Assembly (NCBI GenBank): GCA_963822445.1
Contig: CAWGHO010000002.1
Coordinates: forward strand, 1,152,001 to 1,216,000
Length of the DNA: 64,000 bases
DNA from: an uncultured Acidobacteriota bacterium
GTDB lineage: Bacteria; Acidobacteriota; Thermoanaerobaculia; Gp7-AA8
Direction of reading: 5' to 3'
The position numbers and the translations under genes are program-made. Each line of letters opens with the position of its first letter. Position 1 is the stretch's first letter. Below the pieces are notes generated by a model. That model saw nothing but the letters and a program-made list of their open reading frames with translations. It was not told the DNA's origin and searched no databases. This document shows positions 31,636 through 45,508 of the stretch, in pieces.

Positions 31636-33473
31636 ATGTGCGGAATCATCGGATACGTCGGCACGCGTGATGTGGTGCCGGTACTGATCGGCGGCCTGAA
31701 GAAACTGGAGTACCGCGGCTATGACAGCGCGGGAATTGCCGTGGTCAATGGCAACGGCGTGGATGTCGTTCGCGCCGAGGGAAAGCTCTCGAACCTCGAA
31801 GGCAAGCTTGCAGACAGAGACGCTCAAAGGCACGTTCGGCATGGGCCATACCCGCTGGGCGACCCACGGGAAGCCGAACGAAAACAACGCTCACCCTCAC
31901 CGCGACTGCACCGGCAACGTCGTGGTCATTCACAACGGGATCATCGAGAACTTCCTGCCGCTCAAGCAGCGCCTGAAAGCGGCCGGCCACGAGTTCAAGA
32001 GCGAGACCGATACGGAAGTCGTGGCCCATCTCATCGAAGAGCATCGCAAGAGCGGCGCGTCGTTCGTCGACGCGGTGAAGAAGTCGCTCAAGGAGCTCGA
32101 TGGTCACTACGCGCTGGTCATGATCGCCGCCGACGACCCGGGAACGATCATCGCCGCCAAGCAGGGCCCGCCGCTCGTGGTCGGCCTCGGCGAAGGCGAG
32201 AACATCGTCGCCTCCGACGTCGCTCCGCTGCTGGCCTACACCCGCAACATCATCTATCTCGAAGACGGCGAGTACGCGATCGCGAGTGACAAGAAAGTCG
32301 ACGTCTTCGCGAAGGACGACGCCAAGGTCGAGCGCGAGCCGAAGAAGATCACCTGGGACGCGGTGATGGCCGAGAAGGAAGGCTATCGCCACTACATGCT
32401 CAAGGAGATCCACGAGCAACCACGCGCCGTGCGGGACACCTTCAATGGCCGGATGTTCGAGGAATCAGGCGAGATCTTCTTCAACGACCTGCAGTTCACG
32501 CCGGACGAGTGGTCGAAGATCAAGAAGATCCACATCGTCGCCTGCGGCACGTCGTGGCATTCGGGCCTGGTCGGCAAGTTCATGCTCGAGAACGCGGCGA
32601 GGATCCCGGTCGAGGTCGACTACGGCTCCGAGTACCGCTATCGCGATCCGATCCTCGACGAGTCGACGCTGGTCATCGGCGTCACGCAGTCGGGCGAGAC
32701 CGCGGACACGATCGCCGGCATGCAGGAAGCGAAGGCGAAGGGCGCGAAGCTGATCTCGATCTGCAACGTGATCGGCGCGGCCGCGACGCGCATGTCGGAC
32801 GGCGTGATCTACACGAATGCGGGGCCGGAGATTGGCGTCGCTTCGACGAAGGCCTTCACCACGCAGCTCACCGCCTTCTATCTGCTGTCGCTCTACATCC
32901 GCCAGCTGCGCGGCGACGACAAGGACGACATCCGCTACGCGATGCACGAGCTGTCGACGATTCCGCACAAGATCGAGCACGCTGCTCAAGAAGCAGGAGA
33001 AGCACATCGAGCAGCTCGCCCACAAATATCACCGCGCCCAGGACTTCCTCTTCCTCGGCCGCGGCGTGCACTACCCGATCGCGCTCGAAGGCGCGCTGAA
33101 GCTGAAGGAGATCTCGTACATCCACGCCGAGGGGTATCCGGCCGGGGAGATGAAGCACGGGCCGATCGCACTGATCGACGAGAACATGCCCGTGGTTGCG
33201 ATCGCGACGCACACGCCGGTGTACGACAAGGTCGCCTCGAACCTGCAGGAAGCGAAGGCGCGCGACGGCAAGATGATCGTGATCTGCGACGAAGGCGACG
33301 AGGAGATGAAGAAGTTCGCCGACGACTACATCGAGGTGCCGTGGGCGATCGAGCCGCTACAGCCGATTCTCACGGTCGTGCCGACGCAGCTTCTCGCGTA
33401 CTACATCGCGCTGAGGCGCGGGTGCGACGTAGATCAGCCGAGGAACCTGGCGAAGAGCGTGACGGTGGAGTAG
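31636..33473 (+). CDS. glmS: Glutamine-fructose-6-phosphate aminotransferase (two apparent +1 frameshifts, ~31807 and ~32978)
   Basis: [67 protein letters not shown] spread across three frames. Confidence 0.95.
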
Positions 33474-33474
33474 C

Positions 33475-33809
33475 TCAGTTGATGGTTTCGCGCGGTTCCT
33501 CTTCACCCCACGTCGCGAGAAACTGCTCTGCCCAGCGGCGCCAGCGCTTGTCATAGCGCCGGCTTTCTTTCAGCGACCGGTCGAGCTTCTGCTGAATCCC
33601 CGTCACGCGAAGGAACCACCGGCCGACGGCACTTGCGGGGGCAGCAGACGGCGGCTCGATCGCCAGGGCGCGGCGGATCGCCTCGCAGGCCAATTGATTC
33701 TCGCCGTTGCGGGCGTGATGGTCCGCCAGCCGTTGGAGGGCGTCAAGGTTCTCCGGGTCGAGAGATCGCGGCGTCCAACCGCCGCGCCCATCCTGATCGC
33801 GCTGATCAT
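33475..33809 (-). CDS. Small TPR-like hypothetical protein (5' end uncertain or frameshifted)
   Basis: LDPENLDALQRLA...AIRRALAIEP is TPR-like; ATG 33809 is not in frame without indels. Confidence 0.45.
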
Positions 33810-33854
33810 GACCTTGGTGAATCTTCGCAATGAGTGATGCTACCTTTCCGCCCA

Positions 33855-34682
33855 ATGAGACAGAACTGGTTGGTCCGCCTCGCAATCACCGTCGTCGCTC
33901 TGCTGCTCGCCGTTCCGGTGTTCTCGCAGGAGACCGCGGGCTATCGCGTCGTCATTCCTGTGGCCGGCAACGCGGCCGGAGCGAACGGAACGTTCTTCAA
34001 GAGCACGGTCACGCTCCTGAACACCGGCTTTCGGGACGGCGTCACGCCACCGCGGTCGCAGCGTGTCCGCGTCGACTTCTACCCGCGCAATGCCAGTGCG
34101 GATCTGGGCGCTCCGATCTTCGTCACCCTCTCCGGCTTTCTGGGCCATTGGGAGAACTTCCTGGCCGACGCCTACAGCCCCGCGCGCGGCGGGCTGGGCG
34201 CGCTGGTGTTCACGGCCGTGGATGACAACGGTGCGCCGCAGACCGATGCACTGCTCTTCGCCGTCTCGCGGATCTTCACCGCGCAAGCCTCGACCACGAA
34301 TTGCGTAAATCCGAACGGCGAGGTGTCCCAGTCTCTCGAGTCGGTTCCGGTTGAGGACATCGCGTCGTTCACACAAAAAGGCTGGATCAACGGCCTCCGT
34401 CACGACTCCCGTTTCCGCACGAACCTCGGCATCGTGAACCACTCCGAATCGGACGAGGAGTTCACGATCACGCTCTATCCATTCAACGGCGGCGAACCGA
34501 TCAGTTACGACGTGAGCGTGCCGGCGAAGGCGCTGATTCACGAGCCGGTGCTCGCAGGGGATTACGGCTCGTCGCTGATCGTCTCAGTCCAGGCGAAACG
34601 GGCCGGCTTCTTCTTCAGCGCGTACGGCAGCACGGTCGACAACAACACCGGCGACGGCTGGACGTTCCGGGCCACGCGGTAG
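33855..34682 (+). CDS. Secreted hypothetical beta-sandwich protein
   Basis: Signal peptide; VIPVAG..GANGTFFKS.V.LLN, FRTNLGIVN, AYGSTVDNNTGD, a motif set I recall from expanded acidobacterial secreted proteins. Confidence 0.75.
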   Translation: MRQNWLVRLAITVVALLLAVPVFSQETAGYRVVIPVAGNAAGANGTFFKSTVTLLNTGFRDGVTPPRSQRVRVDFYPRNASADLGAPIFVTLSGFLGHWENFLADAYSPARGGLGALVFTAVDDNGAPQTDALLFAVSRIFTAQASTTNCVNPNGEVSQSLESVPVEDIASFTQKGWINGLRHDSRFRTNLGIVNHSESDEEFTITLYPFNGGEPISYDVSVPAKALIHEPVLAGDYGSSLIVSVQAKRAGFFFSAYGSTVDNNTGDGWTFRATR

Positions 34683-34698
34683 CTGGCACAATGACCGA

Positions 34699-36057
34699 GT
34701 GATCCTCATCCCCATCGGCCGCGATGACGCAGAGATCCGCCGGCACGCGTGGGTCTCGTACGCGATCATCGCCCTGAACGTGCTGATGTTCATCGCCGTG
34801 GAGACGGCGTCCCGTCCGTCGAAGGTGATGGGCATCCAGCGCGGGTTCTCCGATGCGGTCAGCTACCTCGCCGAGCATCCGTACCTCGAGATTCCGGCGG
34901 CGATGAAGCCGATGGTCAACGACCGGGGGAAGGCGTGGCTCGCCCAGCGGGCGCGCACGATGGAGCAGCGCCCGACTCCGACGATCATCGCCATCGAGCA
35001 GCGAAGGCTCGACGGGATGGTCAACGACGCCATGCGCGCCGTGCGGACGCTGCCTCACATCCGCTTCGGATACGTGCCGTCCGAGGGTGGCGTGTTGCGG
35101 TTGATCACGTCGATGTTCGTCCACGCCGGCCTGATGCACCTCCTCGGCAACCTGCTTTTCTTCTTCGTATCCGGACCGTTCATCGAGGACGTATTCGGGC
35201 GGCCGTTGTTCGCGGCGCTGTACATCAGCGGCGGCATCGCGGCCTCGCTGACCTACGCCGCGCAGCATCCTCGTGGAACCGTTCCGCTGGTCGGCGCGTC
35301 GGGTGCGATCGCGGCGATCATGGGCGCGTATCTGGTCCGCTTTCTCCGGTCGAAGGTCGAGTTCCTGTTCGTCCCGATTCTGCTGCGGCCGCAATGGCAC
35401 TTCCGCTTCTTTCTCCCGGCGTTCGTGGTGCTGCCGCTGTGGTTCGTGCAGCAATGGCTGGAGATGATGAGCGAGGCCGCGGGCGGCGGCGTGGCCTTCT
35501 CCGCGCACGTGGGCGGCTTCGTTTACGGAGTGGCCATCGCGCTGATCGTGAAGCTTTCGGGATTCGAGGAGAAGTACGTCAATCCCGTGGTCGTGAAAGA
35601 GACGACCTGGTCGATGGACGAGCGGACCTTGCACGCCATGGCCAGGTTGCGCGACGCACAGGCGATCGAGGATCCGGCGATGATCGACGCCGCGGCCACG
35701 CAGTTGCTTGCGCGCTACAGCGACGAGAAACAGCCAGACCTGGCCGTCGAGCTGATTCAGGAGATGACCGAGGATCGCAACGCGCGTCTGCCGAAGTTCC
35801 TGCCGCGCGCGGCGGTGTTCGTGGAGCGCAGCGGCAATCGCGATTGGGCTCTGGCCTTGTATCAGCGCGTGTTCGAGAACGATCCGAACGGCGCGAACGC
35901 CGTGCAGTCGCTGGTCAAGATCGGGACGTTGTTGCGCGGCGCCGGCGATGTGCACGGCGCGCGCGAGTCATTCGCGAAAGCGCGCGCCCACCCCGCGTGC
36001 ACGGCGGAGTGGGCGCCGACGATCGACGCGAAGATTCAGCAGCTGAGCGCTAGGTAG
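34699..36057 (+). CDS. Rhomboid intramembrane serine protease with C-terminal TPR-like region
   Basis: HAGLMHLLGN, VGASGA, AHVGG. Confidence 0.9.
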   Translation: MILIPIGRDDAEIRRHAWVSYAIIALNVLMFIAVETASRPSKVMGIQRGFSDAVSYLAEHPYLEIPAAMKPMVNDRGKAWLAQRARTMEQRPTPTIIAIEQRRLDGMVNDAMRAVRTLPHIRFGYVPSEGGVLRLITSMFVHAGLMHLLGNLLFFFVSGPFIEDVFGRPLFAALYISGGIAASLTYAAQHPRGTVPLVGASGAIAAIMGAYLVRFLRSKVEFLFVPILLRPQWHFRFFLPAFVVLPLWFVQQWLEMMSEAAGGGVAFSAHVGGFVYGVAIALIVKLSGFEEKYVNPVVVKETTWSMDERTLHAMARLRDAQAIEDPAMIDAAATQLLARYSDEKQPDLAVELIQEMTEDRNARLPKFLPRAAVFVERSGNRDWALALYQRVFENDPNGANAVQSLVKIGTLLRGAGDVHGARESFAKARAHPACTAEWAPTIDAKIQQLSAR

Positions 36058-36430
36058 TGCGAACGACGGCCGTCTTCGTCGTCAGTCCGCCGAACAGGTA
36101 AATCGCGCCGAAGACGACGTGAATGATGTGGTCCATCGTCCCGAGCTCGAGCTGGCCGGGGATGACGTTCAACATCCGCCCCTCGCCGCTGCCGGCGACG
36201 AATCCGGCCACGCCGAGGAGAAGGTAGACGGCGCCGAAGACGACACAGAACGTCTTTGCGGCCTGAGGTGTGCCCTTCAGCCCCAGCCAAAGCGAGATCG
36301 CGCCGCTGACGAGATGGATGACGTTGTGCGCGAGGGAGAGATGCGCACCGAGAAGACCCGGCATTACGAAACCGGCGACGCCGACCAGGAGGAACACGAT
36401 ACCGAGAATCGTGGCGATTCTGTTGGCCAT
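36050..36430 (-). CDS. DUF4383-like membrane protein
   Basis: Four TM helices with HNVIHL and DHIIH motifs. Confidence 0.78.
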   Translation of the reverse strand: MANRIATILGIVFLLVGVAGFVMPGLLGAHLSLAHNVIHLVSGAISLWLGLKGTPQAAKTFCVVFGAVYLLLGVAGFVAGSGEGRMLNVIPGQLELGTMDHIIHVVFGAIYLFGGLTTKTAVVRTT

Positions 36431-36462
36431 GAATAACGCTCCTTATGTTGGTATCGGAGAGT

Positions 36463-37554
36463 CTACTCCCGCGCGATCCAGCCGCCACCGAGACAGAGGT
36501 CGTCCTGATAAAAAACGACTGCCTGTCCCGGAGCCACGCCGCGCAGTTTCTGCGCGAACGCGACGCGGGCGCGGTCCCCATCGAGCGGGGTCACTGTGGC
36601 CTCTACGTCCGCCATGCGCGATCGGACGCGTGCCTGAACCTGAACCGGTCCTGATGGCGGCTCACCGGCAATCCAATGCACGCGCTGCGCAACGAGCTCG
36701 GAGCGCTCGAGCGCGCTCGACGGACCGACTGTGACGCGCTTCGTGAACGGATTCACATCGACGACGTACGTGCGATCCGCGGATCCACCGAGGTCAAGGC
36801 CGCGGCGCTGGCCGATGGTGAAGTGGTAGTAGCCGTCGTGCGTACCAACGACGTTGCCATCGACATCCACGATCTCGCCAGCGTTCTCGCCGGGCTGAAT
36901 GCCGGCCTCGCGCTCGACGATCCTCGCGTAGCCGTCTTTCTCCGGGACGAAGCAGATCTCGTACGACTCTTTCTTGCGCGCCACGGAAAGTCCCGCCTCC
37001 TCGGCGATGTCCCGCACCTGGGGCTTCGTCAACTCCCCCAGCGGAAAAAGCGCCTCGGCCAACTGCGACTGAGAAAGCTCGAACAGGAAGTAGCTCTGGT
37101 CTTTCGCGAGATCGAGGGCCTTGCGAAGCTCGAACGTGCCGCCGTTGTCGATGATCCGCGCGTAGTGGCCGGTGGCGATTTTCTGCGCACCGATGGCCAG
37201 CGCCTTCTGATGAAAGAGGTCGAACTTCACGTGCGTGTTGCACAGCACGCACGGGCTCGGCGTGGTGCCCGCGAGATAGCCCTGCACGAACGGGGTGATC
37301 ACTTTCTCGTGGAAGTTCGCCTCGAGATTCAGCGTGAAGTGGGGAATCTCCAGCCGCCAGGCAACGCGGCGGGCGTCGGCGAGGTCGTCGATCGTGCAGC
37401 AGCCGCCATACGTCGTGTCCGCCGTCGCCGACGAATTGCTGAGGTTGTCGTACATCTGCATTGACAGACCAATGACGTCATGTCCCTGGGACTTGAGGAT
37501 GTACGCGGCCGTCGAGGAGTCGACGCCGCCTGACATGGCGACTGCGATTTTCAT
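36463..37554 (-). CDS. mnmA: tRNA 2-thiouridylase
   Basis: AMSGGVDSS, PCVLCN, ATGHYA, KDQSYFL, TIGQRRG, PGQAVVFY. Confidence 0.97.
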   Translation of the reverse strand: MKIAVAMSGGVDSSTAAYILKSQGHDVIGLSMQMYDNLSNSSATADTTYGGCCTIDDLADARRVAWRLEIPHFTLNLEANFHEKVITPFVQGYLAGTTPSPCVLCNTHVKFDLFHQKALAIGAQKIATGHYARIIDNGGTFELRKALDLAKDQSYFLFELSQSQLAEALFPLGELTKPQVRDIAEEAGLSVARKKESYEICFVPEKDGYARIVEREAGIQPGENAGEIVDVDGNVVGTHDGYYHFTIGQRRGLDLGGSADRTYVVDVNPFTKRVTVGPSSALERSELVAQRVHWIAGEPPSGPVQVQARVRSRMADVEATVTPLDGDRARVAFAQKLRGVAPGQAVVFYQDDLCLGGGWIARE

Positions 37555-37621
37555 GAGTGACGCATAACTGACGTTGCGCTAACTGCCCCAACGACCCACT
37601 TCATGCATAATTCCCGCGGCA

Positions 37622-38017
37622 GTGGCAGTCGCAGACCGCAACTTCAAAGTCCTCGTCGTCGACGACGATCCGAACATCCGGCGCATGATCGTGGCCGCGC
37701 TGAAACGCGATGGCTACGAGTTCCTGGAGGCGCCGAATGGCCGCGAGGCGCTCGACACGATGCGCGCGGAGCACCCGAACGTGGTCGTGCTCGACCTGAT
37801 GATGCCCATCCTCTCAGGGTGGGACGTTCTCCGCGAGCGCGCCGACGACGCAGCCCTGCGCAGCATCCCGGTGATCGTGATCAGCGCCAACCGCGACCCC
37901 GAAGTGGCCACCGCCGTGGCCCAGGGCATCTGCGCATTCCTGCCCAAGCCCTTCGACATCGGCGCCCTCAGCGCGCTGGTGAGAAGCTGCATTCCGCCGG
38001 ATGCGCAGGCGTCGTAA
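37622..38017 (+). CDS. Single-domain response regulator
   Basis: VVDDD, LDLMMP, ISA, KPF. Confidence 0.92.
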   Translation: MAVADRNFKVLVVDDDPNIRRMIVAALKRDGYEFLEAPNGREALDTMRAEHPNVVVLDLMMPILSGWDVLRERADDAALRSIPVIVISANRDPEVATAVAQGICAFLPKPFDIGALSALVRSCIPPDAQAS

Positions 38018-38020
38018 TTC

Positions 38021-38110
38021 CGAGTTTCGGGGTTACGAGGTTTCGGGGTTACGAGGTGAAGAAGCCTCGGCGCGCCTTGCCTCCCTCGTAACCCCGTAAC
38101 CTCGTAACCT
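38021..38110. repeat. Inverted 8-nt tandem repeat element (GGTTACGA-type), second copy
   Basis: CGAGTTTCGGGGTTACGAGGTTTCGGGGTTACGAGG ... CCTCGTAACCCCGTAACCTCGTAACC, between convergent genes. Confidence 0.85.
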
Positions 38111-38115
38111 AGCAA

Positions 38116-40386
<2,271 letters not shown>

Positions 40387-40410
40387 TCGCGGGAGTCTAT
40401 CGCGATGGCA

Positions 40411-40566
40411 AAAGGGAGACGACCGGGAGGCCTCCGGCGGGCGGCCACGGGCCGCTGCGTTTGTGTCGCGTGATCACGATTCGCGCAACTAGCGCGGGTG
40501 TCGCGTCAGGCACAACAAGCGCTGCGGCCCGGGGCCGCCCGCCGGAGGCCTCTCGTCGTTCCCTTT
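40411..40566. repeat. ~155-bp inverted-repeat element (MITE/REPIN-like)
   Basis: Arms AAAGGGA..GAC..GAGGCCTCCGGCGGGCGGCCACGGGCCGC and GCGGCCCGGGGCCGCCCGCCGGAGGCCTC..GTC..TCCCTTT. Confidence 0.75.
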
Positions 40567-41767
40567 AGCTTGCGCGACGCGCTTTCGCGTCCCGCGGCGC
40601 TTCCACGCGCGAGCCAACAGCGGCGGCGGCCGGAGCCGGACGTCCTCTCCAGCGATCCCACGCCACGGCCACGGCCGGAACGATGAGCAGCGTGGAGTAC
40701 GTACCGCTGATGACGCCGATGGTCAGGATCCAGGAGAAGCCGCGGATCACTTCACCGCCGAAGATCAGCAGCGCGAGCAGCACCAGGAAGACCGTACCGC
40801 TGGTCAGGATCGTGCGCGAGAGGGTCTGGTTCATGGCCAGGTTCAGGTGCTCGGCCAGGCCCATCGGCTTCTTGATCTTGCGGCGGTTCTCGCGGACGCG
40901 GTCATACGTGACGACCGTGTCGTTGATCGAGTAACCGACGATGGTCAGAATCGCGGCGACGACGTTCAGCGAGAACTCCAGGTTCAGGAACAGCAGGAAG
41001 GCCATCGCGATCAGGACGTCGTGGATGATGCAGATCATCGCCGACACGCCGAAGACGAAGTCGAAGCGCATCCAGATGTACGCGCCCATGGCCAGCGACG
41101 ACAGCAGAATGGCCATGATGGCCTTCTTCTGCAGCTCGCTGCCGACCTGCGGACCGACGGTCTCCTGATTGAAGACGTTGAACGCGCCGAGCGTTGCTTT
41201 CTCGTTGAGGACCTTCGCCGAGCCGGTGGAAACGCCCGAGACGCCGGTGGCCTGGCTCATCTGGGTGAAGATGCCCAGCTCCGAGCGCCGTTCGATGATG
41301 CGCTTCGCGAGGTCGCGGTAGTGCGTTGCCGCGGCAGGCTGCGAGCCGCGATTGTCCGGATCGGCCTGCTGGAGAGCGGCCGCGATCTGATCGGCGCCGA
41401 CGTAGTTCAGATCGATCTTGCCCGCGGCGTTCGGATTCAGGGTCTTGTGCAGATCGGTGACGACCGCGCCGGCGTAATCACCTTCGCGGGCCTGCTGCGG
41501 AAGACGGATCAGAACCGCCTTCTGATCGGCGGCACCGTACTGCGCGATGGAGGCCTTGGCGAGCTGCGGATGCTGGCGGAGCTGGTCGAGCGGAACGCCG
41601 TCCCGGAACTTGAGGATGATGTTCGCGCCACCGGCGAAGTCGATGCCGAGGTTGATGCCGCGGGTGAGGAACACGCCGAGACCGGCGAGGATGATCAGCG
41701 TGGAGATGATCACCGCGTGCCAGCGGTACTTGATGAAGTCGTAGTTGGGGTTTTCGAAGATTCGCAT
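40565..41767 (-). CDS. secF: Protein translocase subunit SecF
   Basis: GIDFAGG, VGPQVG, HDV, GYSINDTVVTYDRVRE. Confidence 0.96.
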   Translation of the reverse strand: MRIFENPNYDFIKYRWHAVIISTLIILAGLGVFLTRGINLGIDFAGGANIILKFRDGVPLDQLRQHPQLAKASIAQYGAADQKAVLIRLPQQAREGDYAGAVVTDLHKTLNPNAAGKIDLNYVGADQIAAALQQADPDNRGSQPAAATHYRDLAKRIIERRSELGIFTQMSQATGVSGVSTGSAKVLNEKATLGAFNVFNQETVGPQVGSELQKKAIMAILLSSLAMGAYIWMRFDFVFGVSAMICIIHDVLIAMAFLLFLNLEFSLNVVAAILTIVGYSINDTVVTYDRVRENRRKIKKPMGLAEHLNLAMNQTLSRTILTSGTVFLVLLALLIFGGEVIRGFSWILTIGVISGTYSTLLIVPAVAVAWDRWRGRPAPAAAAVGSRVEAPRDAKARRAS

Positions 41768-41794
41768 GGTGGTAGTCCTCAGCCGAAGACGGCG

Positions 41795-43360
41795 TTAGAT
41801 GCTGAGCTCCTTCGGCCGGTCGACCGGCTTGTAGACGATGTCGAAGATCATCCGCGACACGAAGAAGGCCGTGAACACGGACGCGCCGAGACCAATGAGC
41901 AGCGTTACGGCGAAGCCGCGGATCGGGCCCGTGCCGAACTGGTAGAGGAAGAGCGCCGAGATGATCGTGGTCAGGTGGGTGTCGATGATCGTGGCGAAGG
42001 CGCGGGAGAAGCCCTGCTCGATCGACGCGCGGACGGTCTTGCCTTCGCGGAGCTCTTCACGGATGCGCTCGAAGACGAGCACGTTCGAGTCGACGGCCAT
42101 GCCCAGCGTAAGGATGATGCCGGCGATGCCCGGGAGGGTCAGGGCGGCGCCGAAGTAGGCCATCATCCCGAGCAGGATCACCAGGTTGAGCAGGAGCGCA
42201 AGGATCGCGTTCACGCCCGCGCCCTTGTAGTACGCGATGATGGCGATGACCAGCAGCGCGAGGCCGACCGCTGAGGCGAGGAAGCCCTGACGGATCGAGT
42301 CCTTGCCAAGCGACGGGCCGACGGTGCGCTCTTCGAGGGTGGTCAGCGACGCGGGGAGCGAGCCGCTGCGCAGGACCAGCGCAAGATCGGCCGCCTGCTG
42401 CTGCGTGAACTGCCCTTCGATGATGCCTTCGTCGTTGATCTGGCTGTTGATGACCGGCGCGGAGACGACCTTGTTGTCGAGCACGATGGCCATGCGCCGG
42501 TTGATGTTCGCGCCGGTGAGCGAGCCGAACTTCGGCGCGCCTTCCGGAGTCAGCGAGAAGTTAATGACCGGCTCGCCGACCTGCCCCTTCTGCACTCGGG
42601 CGTTCTTCAGATCGCGGCCGCTGACGAGGACGTTCTTGCTGAGCGCGTAATACTCGACGCCCGTCACCCGTCCCATGTTGTCTTCGGCGTTGCCCGGAAG
42701 GATGTCCGTGCCCGCGCGCTGCGCGGGCGTCAGAGACTCGTAGACCCCCTGTGCGGTCGGAGCGGGATTGCCCTCGACGATGCGGAACTGGAGCTGGGCC
42801 GTGGTCTTGATGATGTCCTTCACGCGGGCCGGGTCATCGACGCCGGGCAGCGAGATGGCGATGCGATCCTTCCCCTGCGGGACGATGATCGGCTCGGCGA
42901 CGCCGAGGGCGTTGACGCGGCGGTCGATCGCTTCGACGGCCTGCGCGACCGTGTCGCGGCTGAGCTGCTGCATCGCGTTCGCCTTGAACGTGAAGCGGAG
43001 ATCGGCGCCGGCGCGGCTGACTTCGAAGTTCGGCAGGAAGTCGTTGGCGATGCGCTCGTACTCGGCCGTCCCGACGCCCGTCGGAGGGGTGGCCAGGAAG
43101 GTGCTGTCGTCGACGCGGCGGGTGACCGGCACCGGCACGTTCTGCGCGGTGGCCTGGGTCTTGAGCGAGTTCATGGCCTGATCGACTTCCAGGCGCGAGG
43201 CCTCGTTCGTGTTCACCTGCATCACGAGGTGAATCCCGCCTTTGAGGTCGAGCCCGCGCTTGATCGGCTCAGGGTTGTTCTCCGTCGGAATGATGGCGAC
43301 GGCGAACACCGCCAGCACGCCGAGGATCAACACGATTTTCCAGATGATGTTTCGATTCAT
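41795..43360 (-). CDS. secD: Protein translocase subunit SecD
   Basis: GLDLKGG, VGPSLG, TLPGIAG, GMAVDSNVLVFERIREE. Confidence 0.96.
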   Translation of the reverse strand: MNRNIIWKIVLILGVLAVFAVAIIPTENNPEPIKRGLDLKGGIHLVMQVNTNEASRLEVDQAMNSLKTQATAQNVPVPVTRRVDDSTFLATPPTGVGTAEYERIANDFLPNFEVSRAGADLRFTFKANAMQQLSRDTVAQAVEAIDRRVNALGVAEPIIVPQGKDRIAISLPGVDDPARVKDIIKTTAQLQFRIVEGNPAPTAQGVYESLTPAQRAGTDILPGNAEDNMGRVTGVEYYALSKNVLVSGRDLKNARVQKGQVGEPVINFSLTPEGAPKFGSLTGANINRRMAIVLDNKVVSAPVINSQINDEGIIEGQFTQQQAADLALVLRSGSLPASLTTLEERTVGPSLGKDSIRQGFLASAVGLALLVIAIIAYYKGAGVNAILALLLNLVILLGMMAYFGAALTLPGIAGIILTLGMAVDSNVLVFERIREELREGKTVRASIEQGFSRAFATIIDTHLTTIISALFLYQFGTGPIRGFAVTLLIGLGASVFTAFFVSRMIFDIVYKPVDRPKELSI

Positions 43361-43376
43361 GGGTTCCCCGTACGAT

Positions 43377-45474
<2,098 letters not shown>

Positions 45475-45508
45475 GCGTTGCCAAACGGTTCGGGCGGGAG
45501 GGTTATTT

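Noticed and set aside
31590-31636. glmS ribozyme upstream of glmS; glycine riboswitch upstream of gcvT
   Set aside because: Both leaders are too short, abut divergent genes and lack the conserved cores.
31636-33473. glmS pseudogene or programmed frameshifting
   Set aside because: No slippery sites or sequence decay; similar indels throughout the window point to assembly error.
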